A DNA stretch of 64,000 nucleotides from Paramoeba atlantica (taxonomy: Eukaryota > Protista > Discosea). The notes beneath the pieces were generated by a model, which did no database searches, was not told the DNA's origin, and was given only the letters and a program-made list of their open reading frames with translations. How positions within the stretch are numbered: the stretch's first letter is position 1; every line of letters begins with the position of its first letter. Positions 40,221 through 50,286 of the stretch are shown one piece after another. The DNA is taken from the NCBI GenBank assembly GCA_977017575.1, contig CDRNVI010000002.1:744001-808000 (forward strand). Direction: 5' to 3'. The position numbers were made by a program, and so were the translations under genes.

Positions 40221-40878
40221 ATTGTGTTTTTCCGCTTCTTTCATCATTTCCTCACTTCTAGTACGCTAAGTAAGGATACCGCCATGTTTTCGAGGGTATG
40301 TTCCAATCAATATGAAGTCAAAAACTTCCATGTACATGTAGTGGGCAACACTTGTAAATGAAAGTAATAGCGCATGAGACTCGTGCTCCCTCCTTGGAAT
40401 ACCAACTTACATGTGTTGCAAATTCGCACTCCAAATCATATCTCTTTTCGTGGACTAGGGATACTCCCGCATTCCTCGTGTGGGATATACCTTCGTGGAG
40501 AAGCTAATTCTGGGATTCGGTGGCGCTTTCGTTGTGCTTTATTTTTCGATTACTTTCCTTCGATCCCTTTCTTAATAGTACCACTGCGCATGTTTCCTTC
40601 AAGTTTCTTCCTCCAAAATCCGTCAAAAAGGTCGCCACTCAACATCGTGAAATATCGAAAATAACGTTCTTGGAATCTCGTGGAAAGACAGGGTTCCCCG
40701 AGCTTGACATTCGAAGCTACATGTCCCAAAATATGATAGAGTTTTTCATACAGCAGAAGATCAAATATAGAGAAGCGAGCGGGGATTATGTCTCTGACTT
40801 TTCCCCAATCTGGCTTTCGCTCGTATTATTAAATAGTTTGAACTTTTTCATCGGTATGTTCATTATCAAAGTATAAGT

Positions 40879-41667
40879 ATGTCCCGGGCATTTAGTTATG
40901 CTGGAAAATTTGCGGGGTTGATCCTTTTTCCTCCTCTTGGCGCTTACACCATATCAAAGGCAATGGACTACTTTTCACTCGTGCATCATGAATCCACTAA
41001 ACTATCTGTTTCGACACCTCGAAACTCAATTGGTGTACCCGATCACTCGACGTCGTTCGTCTTACGCCGCACATCCGATGGGAAGGAACTTTCGGAAAAA
41101 CATTTTCTTCGTGAGACTACTCATTGGACTCTTCTCTATTTCGGCTTTGCACAGTGCGTTGAGGTTTGTCCCAATAGTATCCGGTACATCTGCAGATTGA
41201 TCAAAGAAATACGAAATTCAGAAAAACAAATTGTAGGAAACAAGCGTGACGCAAAGGAATCTCTTGAAAACGAGGCCTCGAACGCCTTTCAGGAGAATGG
41301 TGGCAGTGCGAACAAAGTTCGGGGAGCATTCGTCACATTAGATCCCATTCGGGATGGGTCTCAGCAAGTTGAATTGTTTTTGAATACTCATTGTGACCGT
41401 TCTACTAGAGAATTTTTTGATGGTTATGCCGGGAATCCAACCGATACGACATCTGTGGCTCAAGTTTGGAGAGTTTATTTTTCATCACCAGAAAAGGATG
41501 AACAAAAATCTAACCCAGAGTATCAAATTGACCACTCCAACTTCATATTTCTAGTTTCTCCATCTGGAAAATTCGTTGATTTTTTTGCAAAAGATATGCC
41601 TGAAGAAATGGTTGTAGAAAAAATAAAAATGCACATGGAAGGCGCTTATGACATTGATGTGTATTAA
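40879..41667 (+). CDS. SCO1: Cytochrome c oxidase copper chaperone SCO1/SCO2
   Basis: LLYFGFAQCVEVCP (CxxxC), FVTLDPIRD and YQIDHSNFIFLVSPSGKFV motifs. Confidence 0.92.
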   Translation: MSRAFSYAGKFAGLILFPPLGAYTISKAMDYFSLVHHESTKLSVSTPRNSIGVPDHSTSFVLRRTSDGKELSEKHFLRETTHWTLLYFGFAQCVEVCPNSIRYICRLIKEIRNSEKQIVGNKRDAKESLENEASNAFQENGGSANKVRGAFVTLDPIRDGSQQVELFLNTHCDRSTREFFDGYAGNPTDTTSVAQVWRVYFSSPEKDEQKSNPEYQIDHSNFIFLVSPSGKFVDFFAKDMPEEMVVEKIKMHMEGAYDIDVY

Positions 41668-42295
41668 ATCACTCACTCCGAGCATCTACATTTGAAGGGC
41701 TGCGGGTGTGATCTCGCGTGATCTCGCTTTTAACCTCGCCCGCAGCCCCTCATTTCTTAGCACCGTACCGCATAGCACGGTGTGCTTGTCACCTCACGGA
41801 GGTGGCCTACTCAAGTCCCCACTTTTACTACAGACCTCCCTGATTTAGGTGTATTCAAAGTAGGAAGACATCATCTCCCAAGACTTACATTCCATAGGTT
41901 ACACTGTTCTAATGATACAGACGTGCTGTTTCTCTGCTTTTTTGTTGTAAATATTGCAGCTGTGATACAAATTCTATTGTTTTCTAGCCGCGTGCAATAT
42001 GCCTTGAAAAGGCAACCTGAAAGAGTATTTTCTTCGCTCCTCTATAATGCGCTCTGACATTTCAGTCTAAGAACACCTCCGCGATCCTCCTCTGGAGTCC
42101 CAACGTTCATGCCAAAGACAAGGATTTTTTTCGAGTCTACCAAAGAAATGACAAGAGTTATTAGAAGAGCATCCCCCAAATCAAAGGAAGTATAGGGTTT
42201 TCAGCGGAATCTAACTCTTTGCTCTGATTCTTTTAAGTAAAATACTTAAACATCTTGAAATTTTTTAATATGTTTTCCTTTCGATCCTACAAAGC

Positions 42296-43228
42296 ATGAT
42301 TAACTTTCTTTTGGTAGCGTCCTCCGTCATCGGGGCTGATCCGTCATCAAAAAAAGGCAGGGTACATAGCTCATTGCTTCCTCAACAAATGCAGCTCTCC
42401 GGTTTCATTCGAAACCTGTCTAATGTACCGGAATCATGGACAGCAGAAAATGACATTTGTCAGTGGGACCACGTGGTGTGTGAGCAGAACACAGTACGGG
42501 AACTTAACTGGCAGCGAAGGATTTTTGGATTCGGAAGCACTATGCCACTCAAGTTGCGGGGTAATATCTCATGGGAATATCTTCCACAAACGCTTCACGT
42601 TGTACGACTTGCCGAACAGGAGTTACAAGGGCAAATGAAAAGTGACCTTCCTCCCGAATTGCAACAGCTAATGATTAATGAAAATGACTTTTTGGGACCT
42701 CTGGATTACGATTTACTTCCTGAAACGATGAAACTATTCGTGATAAATGGTAACTATTTGGGCGGTAGCACGGATCTCGCTCATTTGCCACATGGGATGC
42801 AAAGGTTCGAAGTTCCCAGAAATAACATTAAGGGAACTATTTGCATGGCTCTTCTACCGCGCGGTTTGATGTGTCTCAATTTGAAAAAAAACAATTTTAG
42901 CGGCTTGATCCATTTATCGGAACTTCCGCGCATGCTTATGATAATGTCCCTGGGGTGCAATAGATTCGAAGGAGATCTTGTATTAAAGAATCTACCACCT
43001 CTTATCAGTGATGTCGACTTAAGTGGAAATCAACTACGAGGGAAATTACTTTTGGAAGGTGTTCCAATGAAACTGAGTGTGTTACATCTTAACGGAAATC
43101 TTTTTACAGGAGTTGCGGATTTTCGTGGCCTTCCACATGGACTCAGGAAGGTAACTATTGATCGTGTGGAAAGCTTAAAATTTATTCCCGATCCACCAAA
43201 TTTTCCTGTTCAAATCACCAATGAATGA
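42296..43228 (+). CDS. LRR family member 4, with signal peptide
   Basis: SW...DICQWDHVVC cap and about 8 LRRs. Confidence 0.88.
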   Translation: MINFLLVASSVIGADPSSKKGRVHSSLLPQQMQLSGFIRNLSNVPESWTAENDICQWDHVVCEQNTVRELNWQRRIFGFGSTMPLKLRGNISWEYLPQTLHVVRLAEQELQGQMKSDLPPELQQLMINENDFLGPLDYDLLPETMKLFVINGNYLGGSTDLAHLPHGMQRFEVPRNNIKGTICMALLPRGLMCLNLKKNNFSGLIHLSELPRMLMIMSLGCNRFEGDLVLKNLPPLISDVDLSGNQLRGKLLLEGVPMKLSVLHLNGNLFTGVADFRGLPHGLRKVTIDRVESLKFIPDPPNFPVQITNE

Positions 43229-43617
43229 GAACGTGACATACAACTCTATTTGTACTCAACCGCGTATAGTTTGAGCCTCAGTACATATTGAAAATAATTT
43301 TGGTGAAATTTTTATTCTGTGTCTAAGATGGAGGTGCCTTGAAATGTAGATGACAATTGAAGATAATCTCAGAATTTCTGATATCATAAATGTTTCGCTT
43401 CGTACTTGTTTTCTACTATCTTGTATTCTGTGAACTCTGATTCCTTTTTCCCTAATTTTAGGTAGTTTCTGGTCCAATAACATTTATCTCCTTTTACATG
43501 TACATTTCTATGTACGTTTCGTACGTTTTAGTAGCTTATCAATAACTTATAGGCCACTCCATCGCATAATACAATGATGGATTAGTGCTACATATCTTTT
43601 CAAATTTTCTCGATTTT

Positions 43618-44418
43618 ATGCCAGTTTTAAGTTCGCTGTTGTTCACCCATGCCCACGCATTTTGTGTAGACCAACATTCAGGTTCCATGAAGGCTTCAAA
43701 AGTAAGGGGTACCACTCTTCCACTCGAATACTATCTTGAAAGTCTTGTTTCAAACATTGAGAATCCCCTTCCTTCATGGAATATATCTATTCCTGCCTGT
43801 GAGTGGCAAGGTGTAAGCTGCAAGGATAAAGAAGTACAAGCCTTAGAATGGCAAAAGATTAATATTGGGGGTCAGCTGAACTTCGCATCATTCAAATTCT
43901 TTCCTTTTTTGCAAAACATCGACATTGCATATACGTCTATCTCTGGTTCTATTACACTAGAATATTTTCCTGAGAGTCTTGAACTGATGACTCTCGCGCG
44001 GAACTCTTTTTCCGGACATATTGAATTGGCTTCTCTTCCATCGAATCTGCAAAAATGCAAGTTGTTTCACAACCAATTATCCGGAGAAATTGATTTAACC
44101 CGATTACCGTGCACACTGGAAGTTTTATCCCTCCATGAAAACATGTTTTCAGGGCCTGTAGATCTCACAAAGCTTTCTCCTAAAATGCGTCATCTGGTGC
44201 TTTCTGATAATAAATTTGAAGGCTCCATCGATGTGACTTCCTTCCCGGAATCTTTAGAACATTTCTGGATCGAAAAGAATCGGTTGTCCGGCATCGTAGA
44301 TTTAAGGTTAGTTTCTCAAAAGTTGGTATTTTTTAATCTTTCTGGGAATTATTTCAAGGAATTCATCGGCCCAGGTCCTCCTTGTGCAACGCTCTACCCG
44401 CAGAATCCAGAATTGTAG
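43618..44418 (+). CDS. LRR family member 5
   Basis: KVRGTTLPLEYYL..SWNISIPACEWQGVSC cap and LRRs. Confidence 0.88.
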   Translation: MPVLSSLLFTHAHAFCVDQHSGSMKASKVRGTTLPLEYYLESLVSNIENPLPSWNISIPACEWQGVSCKDKEVQALEWQKINIGGQLNFASFKFFPFLQNIDIAYTSISGSITLEYFPESLELMTLARNSFSGHIELASLPSNLQKCKLFHNQLSGEIDLTRLPCTLEVLSLHENMFSGPVDLTKLSPKMRHLVLSDNKFEGSIDVTSFPESLEHFWIEKNRLSGIVDLRLVSQKLVFFNLSGNYFKEFIGPGPPCATLYPQNPEL

Positions 44419-44797
44419 CCTACAGTTCACGCTATGGATCAGAAATTCTGCAATATATTATAAATTACGAATTGTTTACCAAAGATAATTGCTAAAAAAT
44501 GAAAAGCTAAATCACTCTGTACATATTGTAGCTGTGGTATGTGCATCATAAGAAGCGGTGATTCTTCCAAAGTTCATTCAATTTTGGGGTAATTTGGCAT
44601 TGTACGATTCTAAAAACTGATAAAAGGGTGGAGTTCTGAGAATGGTTTTACGCTATTAAGAGGGTTACAACCTGTTTTTATTTATCAAATCTCTAATCCA
44701 CATTGCAGTATAGTTCAAAGCTTTTAAGGCACAAAAACAAAACTTTTGGTTTGTGAGTATTTCGGCGCGTTTGTAATTCATCTCAATTTCATCTCAC

Positions 44798-46171
44798 ATG
44801 CATCGATCTATAGATGCCGAAGTTACTGCTGTTCTGAGCCAGCTCCGAATCTTAAACGACGCGGATCGTAAATTTTTTATGTCCCTGTGGGAAGCCCGTG
44901 CGGAATCAGCCTTGCTAAAGGAGCTCACCACCGGCCATGAATCCACTGTCGCAAACTTTATGCTGCGAATCCTCACCACGATTCATACGGAGTCTGTACG
45001 AAAAGAGATTACCCGACTCTGTGCCATTCTCTGCCGTGAATCCACAAAATTCTCCATTGCCTACGCCAACGCCATGCAAACCTCCCAATTCGTCGCCCAG
45101 AGCCTCCCCTCCGCCTCCGGAAGCACCCTCGTCTGTCTCGCCTACGCCCTCTGCCACAACGACACCCTCCAGAACTACGTCCCCAAATTCCTCCGCCTCA
45201 CCAACGCCATGCTCCGCAAGACCTCCGAGGAGGACCCCCCGCCCCCCTCCGTGGTCCACGACACCCCCGCCCTCCTCAAGGCCCTCACCATCTTCCTCCG
45301 CAACCGCGCCCTGCGTGCCGCGTTCTGTGCCAACGACACCCCCGCCCGCCTCCCCCGACTCATCACGCTCTACTGCGCCGGGGACTTCGCCGCGAACGCC
45401 CAGCTCGCCTACGACACGCTCTTCTGCTGCTGGGTCTGCCTCTACCAGCCCAGCGTGATTGCTCCCCTGGTCGCCCAGGAGCGCCTGATCCCGATCGTCC
45501 ACGACGTGCTGCGCCGCGCGGCCCGGGAGAAGTGTGTCCGGGTCGCGCTCGCGGTGGTGGAGGTGCTGCTGCTGCAGCAGAGGCGGTACTCCTGGGGCAC
45601 CCACCCCGGGCTGTCCGCGTTGAGTGGGATGAATGACGGCCGCGGGCCATGTTTTGTGCAGGAGATGTGTGCGATTGGGCTGGTGAAGACGCTGGTGCGG
45701 TTGGAGAAGAGGACGTGGGAGGATGGGGATATTCCCGCACGGTTGGGGGAGATTATTAAGGAACTTACGATGAGTTTTGAAGCCATGACGACGTTTACGC
45801 AATATCAGGGGGAAATCCGAAGCCGGCATCTGGAGTGGACCCCGCCGCATACAAGCGAGACGTTCTGGAAGGAGAATATTCATTGCTTTGAAGAGAACGA
45901 ATTTGAAGTTGTGCAGGAGATTTATGAAATCCTTCGTACCTCGAAAAATGAGCAATCGCTTGCCATAGCCTGTCATGACATTGGAGAGCTTGTTCGGTAC
46001 CACCCGCAAGGTAGAAAAGTGCTAAGTGCACCAATCTTACAGGGACTGGACGAAAGCGTGCTAAATTTAATCACGCATGAGTCTCCCATGGTAAGTAGGC
46101 ACGCACTGATGGCCACGCAAAAAATTTTAGTACAGAAATGGCAGTACTTGGATGTCCAAGAAGTTAAGTAA
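44798..46171 (+). CDS. ATP6V1H: V-type ATPase V1 subunit H
   Basis: AQLAYDTLFCCW, AREKCVRVA, LEWTPPHTSETFWKEN...FEEN and LAIACHDIGELVRYHPQGRK..ALMATQK motifs. Confidence 0.93.
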   Translation: MHRSIDAEVTAVLSQLRILNDADRKFFMSLWEARAESALLKELTTGHESTVANFMLRILTTIHTESVRKEITRLCAILCRESTKFSIAYANAMQTSQFVAQSLPSASGSTLVCLAYALCHNDTLQNYVPKFLRLTNAMLRKTSEEDPPPPSVVHDTPALLKALTIFLRNRALRAAFCANDTPARLPRLITLYCAGDFAANAQLAYDTLFCCWVCLYQPSVIAPLVAQERLIPIVHDVLRRAAREKCVRVALAVVEVLLLQQRRYSWGTHPGLSALSGMNDGRGPCFVQEMCAIGLVKTLVRLEKRTWEDGDIPARLGEIIKELTMSFEAMTTFTQYQGEIRSRHLEWTPPHTSETFWKENIHCFEENEFEVVQEIYEILRTSKNEQSLAIACHDIGELVRYHPQGRKVLSAPILQGLDESVLNLITHESPMVSRHALMATQKILVQKWQYLDVQEVK

Positions 46172-46426
46172 ATAGAGTCAGCTTAAGTGAGAGTAACCTT
46201 TTATTGTTATGTCGTTAGACGTATCATGTGTCATTTCACTACATGGGCAAAATGCTGCTTAACACGCTATCGATTTCCATAAATACTCTAATCGTTATTA
46301 CTTTGACTGTTTGTGCCAATAGAAAGGTATGATTGAAGGTACATACTCTTTTATGATGTAGAGCAACATTTACTATATTTTTTTTGTGTTTTTTTATCTA
46401 AAACTTAGCTATCTTTAGCTTAGGTG

Positions 46427-48058
46427 ATGGCGGATATGACTCCTGATACGGCATGTAAAATAGCCTGCGAAGCACAAACAGGACACCCACAACCTTCGGA
46501 GGCCTTCCAAAATCTGCAAAACGCCTACGCCAAACAGCAACAATCCTTGGTGACTTTGCATGAAATGCATTCCAAGCGTGTGAGCGATCTTCAACTCCAG
46601 ATTCAACTACTGAAGCAGAAGGAGGAAGAGGCCGTGCAACGCGTCCAAGATGCCGATCAAGCGACCAAAGCAGCGGAGGCTAAGTTGGATCTGGTAACCT
46701 TGGAATTAAATATTCTAGTAGAAAATTCTCAACAGAAGGTGGTTGCACAAGAAAAAGAATATGAAACGAAGCTGACCTCATTGCACAGCTCGCTAGCAGA
46801 AATTATACAAAAACAAAAATGTGAGATGGAAAGCGCAATAAATAAATTGGAGAAAACCAGAATTGAATTAGCAAAGGCGAAAGCAGAAACTGTTAAGGTT
46901 CCCAAGCTTATAGCTGAGGCTGTGAACGAGGTAAATCTCTTGGCTTCGGTACATATACTTAATCTTGAAAAACAGATTCGCATTCTGTCGGAGGAAAAAT
47001 CTGCGAACGATAACGAAAGAGAAGTGCTTCAAAAGAACCTCTTGGACCTTAGTAATAGAGTTTCTCAAAACGACAAACAGTGGCAAACTCAGGTGGAGAA
47101 ACAGCAGAACGAAATACTGTCTAGTCGAATGCAATACGAAGAACTGCAGGTTGTTAACCGTGCTCTTGAATGCCGAATTGAGGATATAAAAAATGGTGTA
47201 TGCGAGGAGCATTGTGCTTCTATTGGGCAATTGAATGAACAACTAGTGCGCGAACGTGAATTAAGGTGTACAACTGAAAATCTATATGAGCAGCTGAAGG
47301 AAAAAGTATGCGTATCTGAGAAGCATTTCGAGGAGTATCAGATGAAAGCCACGTTAGACATTAAACGGAATCGCGACTGTGCGTGGAAGAATGCCCTGCT
47401 AGTTGCTCAGGAAACAAAATCTTATAATGAACTCTTCGCAGCATTACATGCTAAGCTAAACAGCGCGAATGCAGAAGCGGCGGCGACGCTATCCCTGCGA
47501 GATAGTACGATAGAACTTCTTCGTCAAGAGCTGATCAGCCTTCGAGGCAATATGGAAAATGGAATGACAGAACAACAGATATCTCAACAGGAAGAATTGG
47601 ATCTTCTTCGCGATCAAATTACACAGTTACGCCAAGTGAAGATACCACAAGACCTTCCAGCAAGCGTAAATAATGACGCAATCCGAATCGAGTCCATTGA
47701 ACAAGAAAACGCGAGCCTAAAAATGCATCTTCAAACATTACAAATCACTTTAGAAATGCAGCGATCCGAGCAGGAGATGATTAACAGTGAATTACGACAA
47801 GCACATGCCTCAGAAGTCGAAATCGTTCACAGAAATTCTACAGAAAAAGCTGAACAATCTTTTGAAATGTTGCAGAAATATCGTAACGAATCTCTGCAGG
47901 CTTCTGAAAATGCTTCACGGTTGGAGGCGAGAGTGAGAGAGTTGGAACAGGAATTGAAGTCCACAGTTTTAACTTTAAACAGGGCACGGGCCAAAGCTAT
48001 TCTTCAAGAAAATTCGGAAAAAGCAGATGAAGAACCTTTGCACTCTCGTAAAAGATAA
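46427..48058 (+). CDS. Long coiled-coil protein
   Basis: Heptad-like E/Q/K/L-rich composition throughout. Confidence 0.75.
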   Translation: MADMTPDTACKIACEAQTGHPQPSEAFQNLQNAYAKQQQSLVTLHEMHSKRVSDLQLQIQLLKQKEEEAVQRVQDADQATKAAEAKLDLVTLELNILVENSQQKVVAQEKEYETKLTSLHSSLAEIIQKQKCEMESAINKLEKTRIELAKAKAETVKVPKLIAEAVNEVNLLASVHILNLEKQIRILSEEKSANDNEREVLQKNLLDLSNRVSQNDKQWQTQVEKQQNEILSSRMQYEELQVVNRALECRIEDIKNGVCEEHCASIGQLNEQLVRERELRCTTENLYEQLKEKVCVSEKHFEEYQMKATLDIKRNRDCAWKNALLVAQETKSYNELFAALHAKLNSANAEAAATLSLRDSTIELLRQELISLRGNMENGMTEQQISQQEELDLLRDQITQLRQVKIPQDLPASVNNDAIRIESIEQENASLKMHLQTLQITLEMQRSEQEMINSELRQAHASEVEIVHRNSTEKAEQSFEMLQKYRNESLQASENASRLEARVRELEQELKSTVLTLNRARAKAILQENSEKADEEPLHSRKR

Positions 48059-48417
48059 GAAAAATAGGGTATTTTAGCAAATTTTGCGAATCAAATATTC
48101 AGATAAGTTTCAAGTTATAGGAGACTTCAAAAATTAATGCGTAATGTAAATATTTCTTCCTGATTAGCCAATCCGTTTTATAGGACAATGTATGTTTGAT
48201 ACGTACCACACTATGCGTTATGTACTTATTACGTACGTGTTCTATACACCTATTAGATTTCTTTCACTGTTTCATAAAATTTAGCTTCTCGCCTTGTCAC
48301 CACTCTTTACCTTGTCACAATACAAGCGCTTAGATCTAACAGGGAATACATGGTTTTTTAAAGAACCACGGATACAGTGTTGACAATCCTGTTGTGCTTC
48401 ATCTGTGCCATTCTATA

Positions 48418-49680
48418 ATGTCGAGTTCACACTCACGTCGTGTTCAGCGGATACTACACATGGGATCCGGACAGGTTGGTGCCTCTCGAAATGATGATCT
48501 CACTCGTCACTACGCACGTCTCTTGTTAAGATTAATCTTTCCTGTAGTTATAACGATGGTAGGGGTGATCTGGTCCGTATGCTGCCTATCTGATGATCAT
48601 CTCGCAGATGCTACAGCACTTCCTCTTCTTTTTGAAGAGGGTGAACACCTCTCTCATTCCACCAACGTTCGTGCGGGAACAATGAATGCGCTCATTCTCG
48701 TTGGTGTCATTGCTGCCGCCACGATTCTCATTGTTTTACTATACAAATGGGGTTGTAAACGTCTACTTTTCGCTTGGTTGCTTACAGGAGTCTTTTCTCT
48801 TTTGGGATTGCAAATGTGGTTATGGTTAGACCTACTCTGTGCTACCTATCGCATACCGTACGAAGCGCTAACTATGGCCTTTGTAGTCTGGAATCTAAGT
48901 CTGGTAGGAATACTTTCTATCTTTTTCGAAGGTCACCCATACATACGACAAGGTTACCATATTGTTATTTCAATTATTCTGGGTTGGTTGTTGTGTAAAC
49001 TGCCACAATGGACTACGTGGGCACTTCTACTATTAGTTGCCATTTACGACATTTTAGCCGTGTGCTTACCGTACGGACCTTTGCGCCTCTTACTTCAGGA
49101 AATCGAACGCAGAGGGGAGGCGGTTCCTGGTTTGATATACGAACCTCGTAGCGGGGTTGCCTATCAGGGCGACCTACAAGATCGTATCAATATTGAGGAA
49201 GAAAACATTGATGAGACCGTTACAAGCGGAAGCATAGTGGATGTAACTGTGGGAGAGCAAAGGTCAAACTCGTATTCAAACAATGGCTCCACTGAAGAGC
49301 TTTCTGCTTACCAACGCAATGAGGAAGTAACAATAATATCTTCAAGTGCGGAGAATTCCTCTTCAGTGTCTCAAGAAGCAACCGCTCAAGCTGCTACAAG
49401 TGGCACTTTCGAATTTCCAGCCAACTCTTTCGGACTTGGTTTAGGTGACTTCATTTTTTATTCTTTGCTTGTCGGACGTGCTGTTCGCACTTCTATGATA
49501 TCTTGCATTTGTTGCATGGTGGCTACTGTAGTTGGCCTCTCATGTACCCTACTCGGACTTATGTTCCTTAGGAAGCCTCTTCCAGCGTTACCCATTTCTG
49601 TTCTTCTAGGATGTGCATTCTATTTCTCGTCTCGTTTTCTACTAGAGCCTAATATCCAGAAAAATATGTCTTGGCATTAA
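48418..49680 (+). CDS. PSEN: Presenilin (gamma-secretase catalytic subunit)
   Basis: Multiple TM segments; catalytic YDILAV and LGLGDFIFYS (GxGD); PALP motif. Confidence 0.93.
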   Translation: MSSSHSRRVQRILHMGSGQVGASRNDDLTRHYARLLLRLIFPVVITMVGVIWSVCCLSDDHLADATALPLLFEEGEHLSHSTNVRAGTMNALILVGVIAAATILIVLLYKWGCKRLLFAWLLTGVFSLLGLQMWLWLDLLCATYRIPYEALTMAFVVWNLSLVGILSIFFEGHPYIRQGYHIVISIILGWLLCKLPQWTTWALLLLVAIYDILAVCLPYGPLRLLLQEIERRGEAVPGLIYEPRSGVAYQGDLQDRINIEEENIDETVTSGSIVDVTVGEQRSNSYSNNGSTEELSAYQRNEEVTIISSSAENSSSVSQEATAQAATSGTFEFPANSFGLGLGDFIFYSLLVGRAVRTSMISCICCMVATVVGLSCTLLGLMFLRKPLPALPISVLLGCAFYFSSRFLLEPNIQKNMSWH

Positions 49681-50060
49681 TCAATGACGGTAATCCGTAC
49701 TTTGGTGCTGATACATGTATGACGTTCGTGGTGTAACGCTCGGCAGTATACTTGTCTTCATTCAGACATCTCAATTGTATCACACACGGCAGGTGAGAAA
49801 AATTGCGGCCGAACAGATTCAATTTTTCCTGAGGTGCTGCGACCAAAATGGTAGGTGACTTGATTGCCCGTGAACGATGCAAAGCTCAATGACCTCATAT
49901 TGCTCCATACATTAGAGCGAAGCGACACGAGTCCACATTGTTCGAAGACTGCACCTTGTTCGAAGACTGCAAAGGATGTTGTATGTCATCAGCTAACCTT
50001 ACTTTACTTTTGTTGTTCTATTCGCAATAATTTCATAAGGTCTAATGCCCTTTTTGCATA

Positions 50061-50157
50061 AACGGGGGCCCGGGATAACATACCTGTAACACGATAACAT
50101 ACCGGGGGGGGGGGGGTATGTTATCGTGAACAGGGGTGGATAACATACCCCCCCCTC
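50061..50157. repeat. GATAACATACC array (3 direct, 1 inverted) around a G-run
   Basis: Motif at 50074, 50093 and 50139, inverted at 50115; 14-bp perfect inverted repeat cacgataacatacc/ggtatgttatcgtg. Confidence 0.8.
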
Positions 50158-50286
50158 TGGATTTTGGAACATCTCTACAAGACAACTTGTTCTTACAACT
50201 TTATTTCTTATTACTAGAACGCTAAACATTTTCAAAAATTAGCAAAGAACATTGCTCCGGAAACTTTTCAATCGAATTCTTTCAGC

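Noticed and set aside
40374-40876. Two overlapping small + ORFs between COQ9 and SCO1
   Set aside because: No motif, mutually overlapping, one GTG-initiated; cannot tell whether either is real
41697-41748. 10-bp GC-rich inverted repeat after SCO1 as a terminator
   Set aside because: No U-tract and a eukaryotic polycistronic context; single occurrence
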